Of a DNA stretch of 64,000 nt, positions 25,157 through 36,548 are shown piece after piece. The stretch is from Negaprion brevirostris (Eukaryota). The position numbers and the translations under genes are program-made. Below the pieces are notes generated by a model. That model worked only from the letters and a program-made list of their open reading frames with translations, was not told where the DNA came from and made no database searches. How positions within the stretch are numbered: position 1 is the stretch's first letter; every line of letters starts with the position of its first letter. The DNA lies in assembly GCA_030324005.1 (NCBI GenBank), contig JARDVH010000001.1:140804662-140868661 (forward strand). Direction: 5' to 3'.

Positions 25157-25540
25157 GGACGGCAGGCTGGCACAGTGATTAGTTGTGCGGCCTTACACTC
25201 AGGTTCGATTCCCAGCTTGGATCACTGTCTGTGTGGAGTCTGCATGTTCTCACCAAGTCTGCATGAGTTTCCTTCAGGTGCTCCGGTTTCCTCCCAGAGT
25301 CTGAAAGACATGTTGGTTAGGTGCATTGACCATGCTAAATTCTCCCTCCACAACAGGGAAATTTCACAGTAATTTCATTGAGTAATTAATGTAAACTTTA
25401 TTTGTGAGTAATAAATAAACTTCTCTTTAACTACTCCATGCACCCGAACAGGCACCAGAGTATGGCAACAAGGGGATTTTCATAGTAACATCATTGCAGT
25501 ATTAATGTAAGCCTACTTGTGGCACCAGTAAGTAAACTAA
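25157..25540 (+). mobile_element. V-SINE with tail B, followed by a second copy of the tail
   Basis: Head, V-domain and tail run to ~25422. A second tail follows at ~25434-25540: cacccgaacaggcaccagagtatggcaacaaggggattttcatagtaacatcattgcagtattaatgtaagcctacttgtg. Confidence 0.8.
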
Positions 25541-26554
25541 AACATTAAATAATAGGGAACTCATGTCAGACTCGTGCCTAATATTGAACTCATGTTAGGT
25601 CATTAATTTCACCCATATTGTCACAATGGTTTTAGCCTGGTATATTGGTAAACTGGTATAGGAGTAGCATTAGGATTAGGTTTTCAGAGGAAAAAATTAC
25701 AGATGTTGCATAATTTGTGCTGAATTTAAGCTGTCTGTGTAAATTTCTCCACTTCCCTGATTTATGACTGAAGATCCTACCAATTGGGGAAAATAGGTAA
25801 AATGTCTTTCAACTTGGTTCAAATTTTCCCTCCTGATTTAGTGCGTAGAGTTGGGAAAGTTCTCAGCCCCCGAAGCTGACTTGAGAGAAACTTCCCCAAA
25901 TAGCCAGATTTTTGCTCAGGGGATGAGGGGTGGGTGAGTGGGTGGGAGGGAGGTGGAAGGTGAGGGCAGGTGCATGGTGCATGCTGGAGTTGGGCCCATA
26001 ATGCCTGTGGAAACAACGCGGAGGAAGCCATAGGTGCTGCTGACTACGAGTGTAGACTGGTTAGTAGGCTTACCATAGTGCTTTGGGGCTTTGTCCTGAA
26101 ATTGTAATGAAAATTCTACGTCCCTATAGCCATCACTGCATCCACCCCTACCACCCACACACTTCCATCCATGCCACCTCATGCCCTTCTACCCAGTCAT
26201 ATGGGTCTTTTAGCCCCTGTGCCAATTTAGCGCATGGAACTACAGTGGAAAACTAGAGTAACTTCAGTTTCAGGGTTTTTTAGCCCATGTTTATGTTATC
26301 CAAAGAGGTTTCTTTTCCTGAAAAGTACTTTTTTGTAATTGACTTTGATCACGTTCAGGAACCAGAGTTGTAAATATTTCCAAATGTCAGGCATCATTTT
26401 ATATCACATATTGTTGGCCTGATTTTCATCTAAAGGTATATGCCAGTTCTGAGTTGGTTTGCACTGATTTGAAAGCTCCTTTGCATTGCTGGTATAAGTA
26501 ATACTCAGTGTTCTGTTATAAGCTCATTTGCATTATCATTCACATCTCCGGATC

Positions 26555-26618
26555 CAGTCCAAAGATGTGCAGGTTAGGTGGATTGGCCATGTTAAATTGC
26601 CCGTTAGTGTCAGGGGGA
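26555..26618 (+). mobile_element. HE1-like SINE fragment running into an assembly gap
   Basis: cagtccaaagatgtgcaggttaggtggattggccatgttaaattgcccgttagtgtcaggggga is almost identical to 27475-27538. Confidence 0.8.
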
Positions 26619-27324
26619 NNNNNNNNNNNNNNNNNNNNNNNNNNNNNNNNNNNNNNNNNNNNNNNNNNNNNNNNNNNNNNNNNNNNNNNNNNNNNNNNNN
26701 NNNNNNNNNNNNNNNNNNTATAACAGAAAATCTAGAAGACTTCAGACAAGCTTACAACATAAAGCAGTCCAGAAAAACTACCCAAGTCACCTGAGTCAAA
26801 TATCAAGTATCAAATGAAACATAGCAAAGAGAAAGCATGGGTCATAGGCTATAACAGAGTCCTTGTTTCAACTAATGAATACCACAGTTAACCACTGCTC
26901 TTACTTTCTGAGCTCAAGCTAAGCTTGCCTTTCTGTGTAGGAAAAGGTTGAGGGTTATGTGTAAGGGAGAAAAGACTGATGTATGATAACATGGTTAAGA
27001 ACATCAATGCAAAGTCTGACTAGTACTTTCAGCCAGCCAGTGCTTATAGATATGATGGAATGCCCTTTCCACTGTTTATAATGAATACATTTCTACCAGT
27101 TCTATCCTTACCTGTCACAGTCAAGTATAAGGACATCCACCATTCATTAATCCTGCTAAATTTACAGTTTAAAAACACTATTTGCAAAATTAAAATTAAA
27201 ATCTATTTCCCTTGAGAAGACAATTAGCAGAATTGTTATGTTTTCTGTCAATGAGAAATACAGGCTGCAAAATTTGACTGCAGCACAATTTGTCAGAGGG
27301 GAAACAGACACAGGCTGTGCCAAT

Positions 27325-27669
27325 GGACGGCACGGTGGCACAATGGTTAGCAATACTGCCTCACAGTGCTGGGGACACGGGTTTGATTCCTGGCTTGGGT
27401 CACTGTCTGTGTGGAGTTTGCAAGTTCTCTGCGTGTCTGTGTGTGTTTCCCCCGGGTGCTCCAGTTTCCTCTCACAGTTCAAAGATGTGCAGGTTAGGAG
27501 GATTGGCCATGTTAAATTGCCCGTTAGTGTCAGGGGGACTAGCTAGGGTAAATGCATGGAATTATGTGAATAGGGCCTGGGTAGGATTATGTTCGGTGCA
27601 TACCTGATGGGCCGAATGGCCTCCTTCTTCACTGTAGCATTCTATGATTCTATTCTATGATTCTATGAT
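27325..27669 (+). mobile_element. Full-length HE1-like V-SINE with CR1-type tail (tail A)
   Basis: tRNA-like head ggcacggtggcacaatggttagc...gggtttgattcc, V-domain, and tail gatgggccgaatggcctccttcttcactgtagc followed by (attctatg)n. Confidence 0.9.
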
Positions 27670-28324
27670 GCAAACTTATTTGCGTTTAGAAATGACACCA
27701 CTGTGACAATGGGAAAATTAAGTGTTTATCAAAAGCAATGGTAGTGTCATAAATTAAATGGAGGTGCTTAAAAATTCAGAAAGTTTTTGGGGAGCGTTAA
27801 ACATAGCTGTTTTTACTAAACCTGGAAGAGGAGGGGATTGGTGCACCACAAGCTACAAACAAGGTAAGAAACTCAGATGAATATTCAGACCGGTGACAGC
27901 ACTGAACAACAAGCTGCGTTATCATGGTTTAAGATCGAGATGCGAAACTGAAATCAACAAAGCAAATAATTTGTAGGTTTGAATAGAATTGCAAGATTGT
28001 CCAAAAATAGTAGGCTTAACGTCCTCCATGGAAAGGATCTACCATAGCTAGCTCGTTTAGTTTGCGTGTAATACCAGTACTATACTTTCTGATAGCTGTT
28101 GAGACTTGAAGTGGCAAGTCAAAAACAAAACAATAATAAGAGAAATGTTAGGCAGATCTCTGCAATGACTTAGGAATTGGATCCCAATCCCATTTGGTGA
28201 CCGTTTAAATACCTTGTTAGAAGATTGGGTCCACTTATTTATCTTCCCAGATTCAGAAGCTTCAGTCACTCCCACAAGTCATCTGAGCATCTCGCTGTGA
28301 TGAATGTAAACTGATTATATACAA

Positions 28325-28530
28325 AGTGCTGTCCACAACCTCAGTGCTCTCCAACCAATGGGTGCTTTGGAACAGTAGACTCTGTTATAATGGAGGAAAT
28401 GCAGTGGCAAATTTTACACAAAAATATCCCACAAACCGCAGTGAGATAGTGATCAGATCATCTGTTTGAAATGGTGTTGGTTGAGTGATAAATAATGTTT
28501 AAGGCATAGTGAGGAGAACAATCCCTTCCA
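28325..28530 (-). mobile_element. DeuSINE (SacSINE1-like) fragment
   Basis: ggaaatgcagtggcaaattttacaca...cccacaaaccgcagtgagatagtgatcagatcatctgtttg...gttggttgagtgataaata is the antisense of the Deu domain seen at 39900-40060. Confidence 0.7.
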
Positions 28531-28973
28531 CCCTTTTGTTATTCACTGTTGCACCACCAAATCTTTTGCAACACTTTGCTTTTAGTATATAATCAATTTA
28601 GTTGTTTNNNNNNNNNNGCAAACGAGTTTCATCATGAGTTGTGAGTGATTATGCGACTGTGAAGGCCAAATAACTTAGTACTATATCTTTCAGAAGCCTT
28701 TCCACTCTGGCTCTTGAACCTGATCAAAGTCAATAACAAAAAAGAAAAATGAATTTATTTGAAATCCCGTAGGAACACTAAGAAACAATTGAAGTGCCCA
28801 ATCTCACCATTTTCACAGATGGTTTCCTCTTGAAAGAAGATGAATGGATACTCCACATTTTTCATATTTTGGTAGTGTTTTTCTTCATCAAAACTTTCAA
28901 GTTACTTTATATTCCATGCACCTGGGGAGGGAGGGAAATAGGCCAACTGAACAAAACTTGCAAATAGAGTCAA

Positions 28974-29089
28974 TGGGTGGGATTTTACAGCCCTGCTCGT
29001 CCTGTAAGCTGCCCAAGGTTACACTTTCCATGGTCCACCCCTTGCCCACTATGATTAAAATGGCAGGCAGGATGGTAAAATTCCAGCCA
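28974..29089. mobile_element. 116-nt MITE-like element
   Basis: TIR tgggtgggattttac pairs with gtaaaattccagcca (reverse complement tggctggaattttac, 13/15 match). Confidence 0.65.
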
Positions 29090-31583
29090 GTGTGTTTGGG
29101 TTCTGAGGAAACATTGAACTTGAGGGAGCACAGTCAAGGCACATGTCTTTGATCTTCTATTTCAGTTTTGTACACAAGACTAAATCTTTGTTTTACTTTC
29201 TNNNNNNNNNNNNNNNNNNNNNNNNNNNNNNNNNNNNNNNNNNNNNNNNNNNNNNNNNNNNNNNNNNNNNNNNNNNNNNNNAGACAGTGCCATACTTTCC
29301 ACAATACTTTGGTTGAAAGTGTCTCGTGAAGCAAAACTATTTCCTGTGTTTTAAATTCAGCTGTCTAATCAGGCTACCAAGGAGGAATGTTGAAAGCTCT
29401 TTCTGATATATTATTCATTACTATGCAACCCAAGGATTGCATTAGCATTTACCCCCTTGTTTACACAAGGACTTTAACTGCTTGTTTTCAATTCATTCAG
29501 CTGAATTTTAAATAAGAGCAACTGGAATGGGAAGGCACACTGATAAAGTGTGAGATGTGTGTACTAGCTTTTTATTGTTCATTCTTGATTAATACTATAA
29601 ATCTAAGCCTCTAACCTTAATATCCCAAAGAGTTCCTCCTCATTGTTTCACAATCAAATCTCAAAAAACTGTCCATTTGACAGTATTTTCCTACAAATAC
29701 ATCTTGTTTTAAGATTAAGGAATACATTGGAAATGTTTTTGTAGTGCTTCATGATATGAGTGTTTAGACTAAGACTACTAAAATGGCAGATTTGTGGATC
29801 AGATTAAAAACAAATTAAAATTGAAACGTGATGTATATGATTCATATTAAAAGCCTAAAAGATATGCAGCTTTCTTGCTGGACTCTTTTGGGTTTGACTT
29901 AGACCAGGAGGTTCAGAAGCCACATACCAAAGCTTTCCAAAGACCCAGGACGGAGCATGTGCCACAAAGCTCTCCCCCTGCCCCCTCCTCCCATTACTCA
30001 GCCTCCATGGGAGAAAGCTGTACTGATTTCATTAAATTTGGCACACTAATACTGTCAGTACACAGACCTCATCCAACCACACAGATCCATTCATTCATCA
30101 TTTGATCATAGCATCAAAACTGGCTTTGTTACGTGGCAACGCAGTCACATCAGTAAACATCATGTAAGTCCAACTGATTGCTTGTCATTTCAAGTAATAA
30201 ACCAAAGAAATGTGTTTAACCACCACATTATTTTAAAGAGAATTTATTTTCCTTAGGAACTGTTTAACCTTCACATAGTTGTGGTGATAGTTGTGGTAGA
30301 NNNNNNNNNNNNNNNNNNNNNNNNNNNNNNNNNNNNNNNNNNNNNNNNNNNNNNNNNNNNNNNNNNNNNNNNNNNNNNNNNNNNNNNNNNNNNNNNNNNN
30401 ATTGGTGTAGCACGATGTTACCAAATAACTTTTTCAGAACCACAAGTCTTAGCAGTAGCTTGCTTAAAGGCATTTTTTCCAGCATGATGGATTAGAGAGC
30501 AATGGAATCTATTTGTGCTTCAGTTGCTCCCATAGTAGAAATTTGCCAAGTGACCTTTTCACTTCTGTGTGGTGGGATTATCCCACCTCATCATAGCTTT
30601 CCCCTGTTTTCTGTAAAAACAAGATACAGGGTTGGCTTTTCAACCTTGAGGCTGGCAGCGAAAGTTGGAAAGATTCCTTCAGGAGGAAGTGTCTGCAAGG
30701 ATGGGATTTTCATTGTGGCGGTGGGGTGAGGCAAGGTGTGCCAGTCAAGGGGAAAGCTCAGAGTCAGCTACAGGGACTGCCAGGTGTGGAGGTGAGTTGT
30801 TTAAAAGGCCCGCCATATCAGTATGGGACTGTCTCAGTTTATAATAGAGAGATAAGAGTCCTCCAGCCCTCAATTCCCAGATACTCCTCATGCCCCCACC
30901 CATTCCTATGCTCATCTACCTACTAAACATTGCATAGAACCAATGAGCCCTATCGTGATAACATGATGCGCAAAAAAGTTTCTAAAAGTAAGTCATTCAT
31001 TGATAACTGGCTGAGAGTCCAGAATTTATTGGCCTGTTGAAATACCTGAACTATAGCGAAAACATTGCTTAATTGACAACTTTTGTCCTCTGATCTATAC
31101 TGTCAATTGCACAATGTTTACTGACACAAGATAGAAATTTCAAGTGCTTGCAGTTTCTGCAGTTTATGTTAAAAGGCCTGTATGATTGTCACTTTTATTA
31201 GTATGTAGTTAAAAATTTTGAAAAATAACTTTTTTATCACATCCTACAGTCATTATATGGTTCATTGGTTCTATGCAGTATATAGTGGGTGCATGGTCAT
31301 GAAAGTGCCATAGCTTAGCATGGGGGCCATGAGGGACTATAGGGGTTGTTAGGAGCAGCAGACCTTTGCATGGGACACATGCTGGGCCATAGGCATTGTT
31401 TGGGATAGTATACATTGCTGTGGGGGCATGATAGGTGTCATACGTAGCATGGGAGGCATGAGAGGTCATAAAGATTGTTTGGGATGCATGCTTTGGCCTG
31501 GGCACGTAAGGAGGACCTTTTGAACTTACCTCTTGAAGTGTTCCCTTGTAAAGACTGTTATTCACAACACTTCTGAGGTGAAG

Positions 31584-31832
31584 TAAGAACATAAGAAATA
31601 GGAGCAGGAGTAGGCCATCTAGCCCCTCGAGCCTGCCCCGCCATTCAATAAGATCANNNNNNNNNNNNNNNNNNNNNNNNNNNNNNNNNNNNNNNNNNNN
31701 NNNNNNNNNNNNNNNNNNNNNNNNNNNNNNNNNNNNNNNNNNNNNNNNNNNNNNNNCCATCCCATTCATCATCTTATATGTCTCAATGAGATCTCCCCTC
31801 ATTCTTCTAAACTCTAACGAGTACAAGCCTAG
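31584..31832 (-). mobile_element. CR1 LINE 3' end spanning a gap
   Basis: Tail aagaacataagaaataggagcaggagtaggccatctagcccctcgagcctg. The minus strand encodes LGLYSLEFRRMRGDLIETYKMMNGM. Confidence 0.85.
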
Positions 31833-34624
31833 TGACCCATAACTCTCTGAAAGCTGTCCCAACACCACAAAAATGCCCATAGTGGAACCAGCCACGTCAG
31901 AGAACAAGATGCAGACTCTCAATGTGAGCCACACCATATCCTCAAAGGCCACTCATGAAAAGTGAAAACCATGGGAATGGGGGCAGGAATCCTGGAAGCT
32001 GGAACCACTCACCATTTTTAAGGGGCTCCCAAGTCATCCCTGTTTGGCAACACTCTATCCTATGGTATGAATTCTAATCTTGGTGACATCTACAGGGAAG
32101 TGGGCAACAAATGGAGATCAAAATATCATGACATTGTCTTCCTGGAGCCATAAGAACAAGGAGCGGACTTCATGAGGCATACTGTAAGGATGATTTTGAC
32201 CTTGCCCACAAGGTGGAAACCAAATAGATGGGCAGTTAAAATCTATTCGACTTTCCCACTGAAGGACTACTTTTTTCCACAGCTTTCCATTTTAGCAGGC
32301 AGGATATACAGTGGTTCCTTTTTTAAATATACAAGTCAGGTCTAGAGCGTTAATCCAGGCCCCACAAAAATTTTCTACCACTTACCTTTGTCTGAAGTAG
32401 AGTGAATGCATCTCTGAGGAAAATCTTAGCCTTAGTTCCTTCAATATTGTAAAATGTTCATTAAAAATAAATCAGTTATGATCAGGCACTTATTAATAAT
32501 GGAGGAAATAATCATTAATATTGTCATGTTCATACTGCAGTGCAAGGCCTTGATGTGCTAATTTGGTTTCCAGTTCTCTAGGAGATTTGCTGGATTTTGA
32601 ACAGTCCAAATTTAAGCCCCTTTCAGCTTTGTTGTGCAGTTTGTTTGCACCCATACTCACATTAAAAATGCAATGCTCAGACGGGACCATATGTTGTCTC
32701 CAGACACTGACAGATATAGGGGATTACACTAGGTTAGATGAATACCTTTGTGTGGTTATTGCAAATGGTCAGTGCACAGCAGGTGCTAGCAATGACAAAC
32801 AGATGGCTGCTTCAAATGAACTGACCATTTTCTTAGTGTGGAAATGAGTCAGAGGAGCCACCTGCTTCAATTAGTAAAATTACTGCTATTCAAATTAGCT
32901 ACAGGTGGGATGTGAAGAGTTGACATTTTAAATCCCATTGTAAAATTAATTTCTGCAGAACAGATCAGTGAGGGCAATGTTTAGCCTTGGGGTTAACTAT
33001 GTTAAATTGCAGAATACAATGAAATTAATTACTCTTTGTCTCCAAAAAAGATAGCTAAGCATGCTTAACACCAATTTGATCTCCTTCTAAAAACAAGTGG
33101 GCCAGGTACAGCACATTTGCCACATCGATGGGAAACGTTGCATTATATAAAATTTCAAATTGTGCCATTAATGGAACATCAGCCCTTACCCTGCCTGGCT
33201 AGATTGAGTTGGATGTTCATCTCAGTGTTGCTGTGGACTTTGCTGTGCGGAGGTGGACTTAGCAATATGCCTGTACTCTAAAACATTAATGATGTGAAAT
33301 ATTTTGCAAAGGTGATTAGCAATTATATAAATGCAAGAGCTGTTTTTCTAATCTCTCCATAGCAGATGGGATGCTGTGATATCACAGGAGAAGCCTTTTC
33401 TCTTTGTAAAATTACATATTTTGTTCCATCTTCGACAGAACAAAAATGGAAAAAGAATGACATTGAAATGGTCTGCCTTAAAACAGACCTAACTTGTACA
33501 CATTTAAAGACAGGCATTTTTATAGTTCCAGGAAAACTGGATTGAAGATTGATGGGAGTTACGATTCATCTGCTGCCAATAAGGCTCCTGTTTGAAATGT
33601 ATTTGGGGAGTCATAATCCAGTTCCTACTGTACGTGGGCTCTCAGTTCAAAAATGTTCCTGGTACAGTACAGATTGCCACAAAAGAGGTGACAGGATGAC
33701 TAATAAGGGAAACTCAGTAAGTTGTCAGTCTTGCATTGGAAGTTACTGTTGTGAACTTGGGGCTGAGGTGCAATGTCTGGATAGAGTGTGCTATACTCTG
33801 CATCTGGTTCACCAGTGATGTTTGATGGTGCCACACCCTGCCTGAACTATGAAGAATACTATATTCCAGCATAAATGTTCTTCCCATAGATAAGTATTTT
33901 CATTAAGAAATTCATAAAATCCAATCCTTCGTCAAAAGCATTCTTTCATTGTGCTGCCGTGGAAATGAAGTGCCGATTTTTGTTGCTTCGACATCTTCTT
34001 GGGAAGATTAATCAAAATAGCTCCTTATGAAATGCAGCAAGTGTGGTTACAAACCAAAGATAACCAATTAAATGAGTCTTTAATCCACCAAAAGCCTGAC
34101 TGGCAGATGGATGCAAGTCCAATAAATTTCCTCAGAAGTTGTGTGAAGACTGTGGGTTGTATAAAAGTTCTTTTGTAGTGGAGAATAACTGGAATTCCTC
34201 CCAGCTAGTCAGCAGTAAATATATTGTATTCTTTGGTTGTCTTAATTGTGGAAAAGAATTGTAGATTAGCACTTCTATAATAGAAAAGTTATGACAGTCA
34301 CAAGTTAGTAAGATAATATAGTTATAACNNNNNNNNNNNNNNNNNNNNNNNNNNNNNNNNNNNNNNNNNNNNNNNNNNNNNNNNNNNNNNNNNNNNNNNN
34401 NNNNNNNNNNNNNNNNNNNNNNNNNNNNNNNNNNNNNNNNNNNNNNNNNNNNNNNNNNNNNNNNNNNNNNNNNNNNNNNNNNNNNNNNNNNNNNNNNNNN
34501 NNNNNNNNNNNNNNNNNNNNNNNNNNNNNNNNNNNNNNNNNNNNNNNNNNNNNNNNNNNNNNNNNNNNNNNNNNNNNNNNNNNNNNNNNNNNNNNNNNNN
34601 NNNNNNNNNNGGGGGGGGAGGGGA

Positions 34625-34830
34625 GAGAGCTGTTTCAGGTAGTTTAGATGGCTAGCGTGTGAATGATGCCAACAATGTGGATTCAATCCCTATAGCGGCT
34701 GTGGTAGTTCACTGAGGCCCTTCTCCTTTCCTTGCCCTACAATTGTCGAGTGGCACCTATTGGACTGCAAGTTGCCAAAAATGTCTCTCTGTTGGAAAGA
34801 TATGCCTATGGTCCTTTGGGCCTCTGGCTA
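34625..34830 (+). mobile_element. Degenerate tRNA-derived SINE
   Basis: tcaggtagtttagatggctagcgtgtgaatgatgccaacaatgtggattcaatccc (B-box-like)...gcctatggtcctttgggcctctggc. A related copy lies at 1585-1715. Confidence 0.5.
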
Positions 34831-35419
34831 GATGCACCCAAATTTGGAAGTATTTCAGCTGCTTAGAGGTCAACCTCTCTGCAACTATCAGCAGACCAAT
34901 CATTAACATTAATGAGCTGGCAAGCCCATTTTGAGGGCATTACCACCCTGTTAAGACAAATTTATGTAGTTAAGATCAATCATGTGGTGTGCTATTTTCT
35001 GGTAATTTGCAGTGAAATCTGGGCCAGATTTGGGCTGAAATTGTGGTGTCAGCAATGTTAGTATTTTTGCATGGAATTCTTTTGTATTCTGTCTGAATGA
35101 ACGTTACCATTATTTTAACTGAAGCATTAGCTTTCCACACGATCGGCATGAATAACACAGTATTGTAGAATTGCATTTTAGATCTTGTGATTGTCATTGA
35201 TTGTCATTAGCCAGAAAACCTGAAAACAACGAAAACAACTGCCTATATTTATGTAATGCTTTGAGCATGTTGGAATGTCCCAGGTTGCTTAGAACAACTC
35301 AATACCGCAATAACCCAGCAAAACACATTTAGTCTGTATATGTTACACAGTGAAGATATGGGCTGTTGTTGCATGTTTCAAGGATTTGGCACATTTCCAA
35401 GTCAAGATGATTAGCAACT

Positions 35420-35625
35420 TTTTAAAAATTCTTTAACGGATGTGGGCATTGTTGGCTAGCTCAGCATTTATTGCCAAGCCCTCATTATCTTTGAGAAGGT
35501 GGAGGCCTTCTTGAACCGCTGCAATCCATGTGGTGTAGGTACACCCATGATGCTTCTAGGGAGGGAGTTCCAAGTTCTTGACCCAGCAACTGTGAAGGAG
35601 CAATGATATAGTTCCAAATCAGGGT
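35420..35625 (-). mobile_element. CR1-group LINE 3' end (family of 2335-2530)
   Basis: gatgtgggcattgttggctagctcagcatttattgccaagccc...ttgagaaggtgg...cttcttgaaccgctgcaatccatg is the reverse complement of the 2335-2530 sequence. Confidence 0.8.
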
Positions 35626-36494
35626 GCTGATTCTCGTTGTGTTAATGCCTCCTATACATCTGCATTTTTAAAAATCAACAAATAATTTGAATAGATTGAC
35701 TTTGAATTAGGAGGTGTGAACTGTAATAATTTAATTGTTTTGCCTATGGTGTGTCCTGCATGCAGAATTCAAACTCCATATGTCACTATTTTTCATTCAC
35801 ACCTGTATTTCTGCAACGATGATGTATGGAACAGATACATATACAAATCCTTGTTATAATTGTCAGCTCCCAAATATTCCTCCAATACTGATGTTCTCTG
35901 CCACCCCATTGGCTCAGCCTAGTTTTGACCTCCACAATCTTGCCGGTTCTGTGTTTTCTTCCAACCATATCTGCTCAGCAAGCCCACTCCTCTAGGCTCT
36001 AAACATATGGAAGAAGGGAGAAACTTCAGTTCAAAGTCTTCTTTCTGTCCACCTGTGTATGCTGATTATTCCCCTGCATGCCAAGAAATACCAGCTGGGC
36101 ATTCGTTATGTGGCGAGGTTGGATCGCTGTGTTTCCCTTCCATTTTTAGGCAGTTTTTATTCAGACAGGACAGGATTTTCTGGGCCCTTGGATCAATTGG
36201 TAGGAAGGTGTTGGGTCTCCAGGTTTGTCGGGAAAATAGTGGACAGCTTGTCGATGCATTCCCACCAGGGAAGTTTGCTGGTGGCAGGATCAGATGCAGA
36301 TCAGCAGCTGCTGAATGAAGGCGACAGCCAATTTAAATAATATTGCGTCTATTAAGGTTAATTATCTTGGCCCGCTGGCATTTTGTCAGTAATGGGGGGA
36401 TCCCACACCATGTGGGGAAGATGCCAACTTCACATATCCAGCTTCCCTGTGGCTGCCCATGGGACCATTCAAACTGGAGGCTCCATGTTCCAAA

Positions 36495-36548
36495 GTGGAT
36501 TCCACAGGCGTGGATTCCACAGGCATGGAGTCCACACCCATGGCCCAC
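36495..36548. repeat. 15-bp tandem repeat, about 3.5 copies
   Basis: gtggattccacaggc gtggattccacaggc atggagtccacaccc atggcccac. Confidence 0.85.

Noticed and set aside
31209-31952. 247-aa minus-strand ORF
   Set aside because: It is open only because it crosses an N-gap, and it is a chimera of a CR1 C-terminus and low-complexity repeat sequence.
34132-34686. Long ORFs containing X runs (also 2845-3453, 47609-48076, 54140-54753, 56867-57313)
   Set aside because: These are artefacts of translating through assembly gaps.
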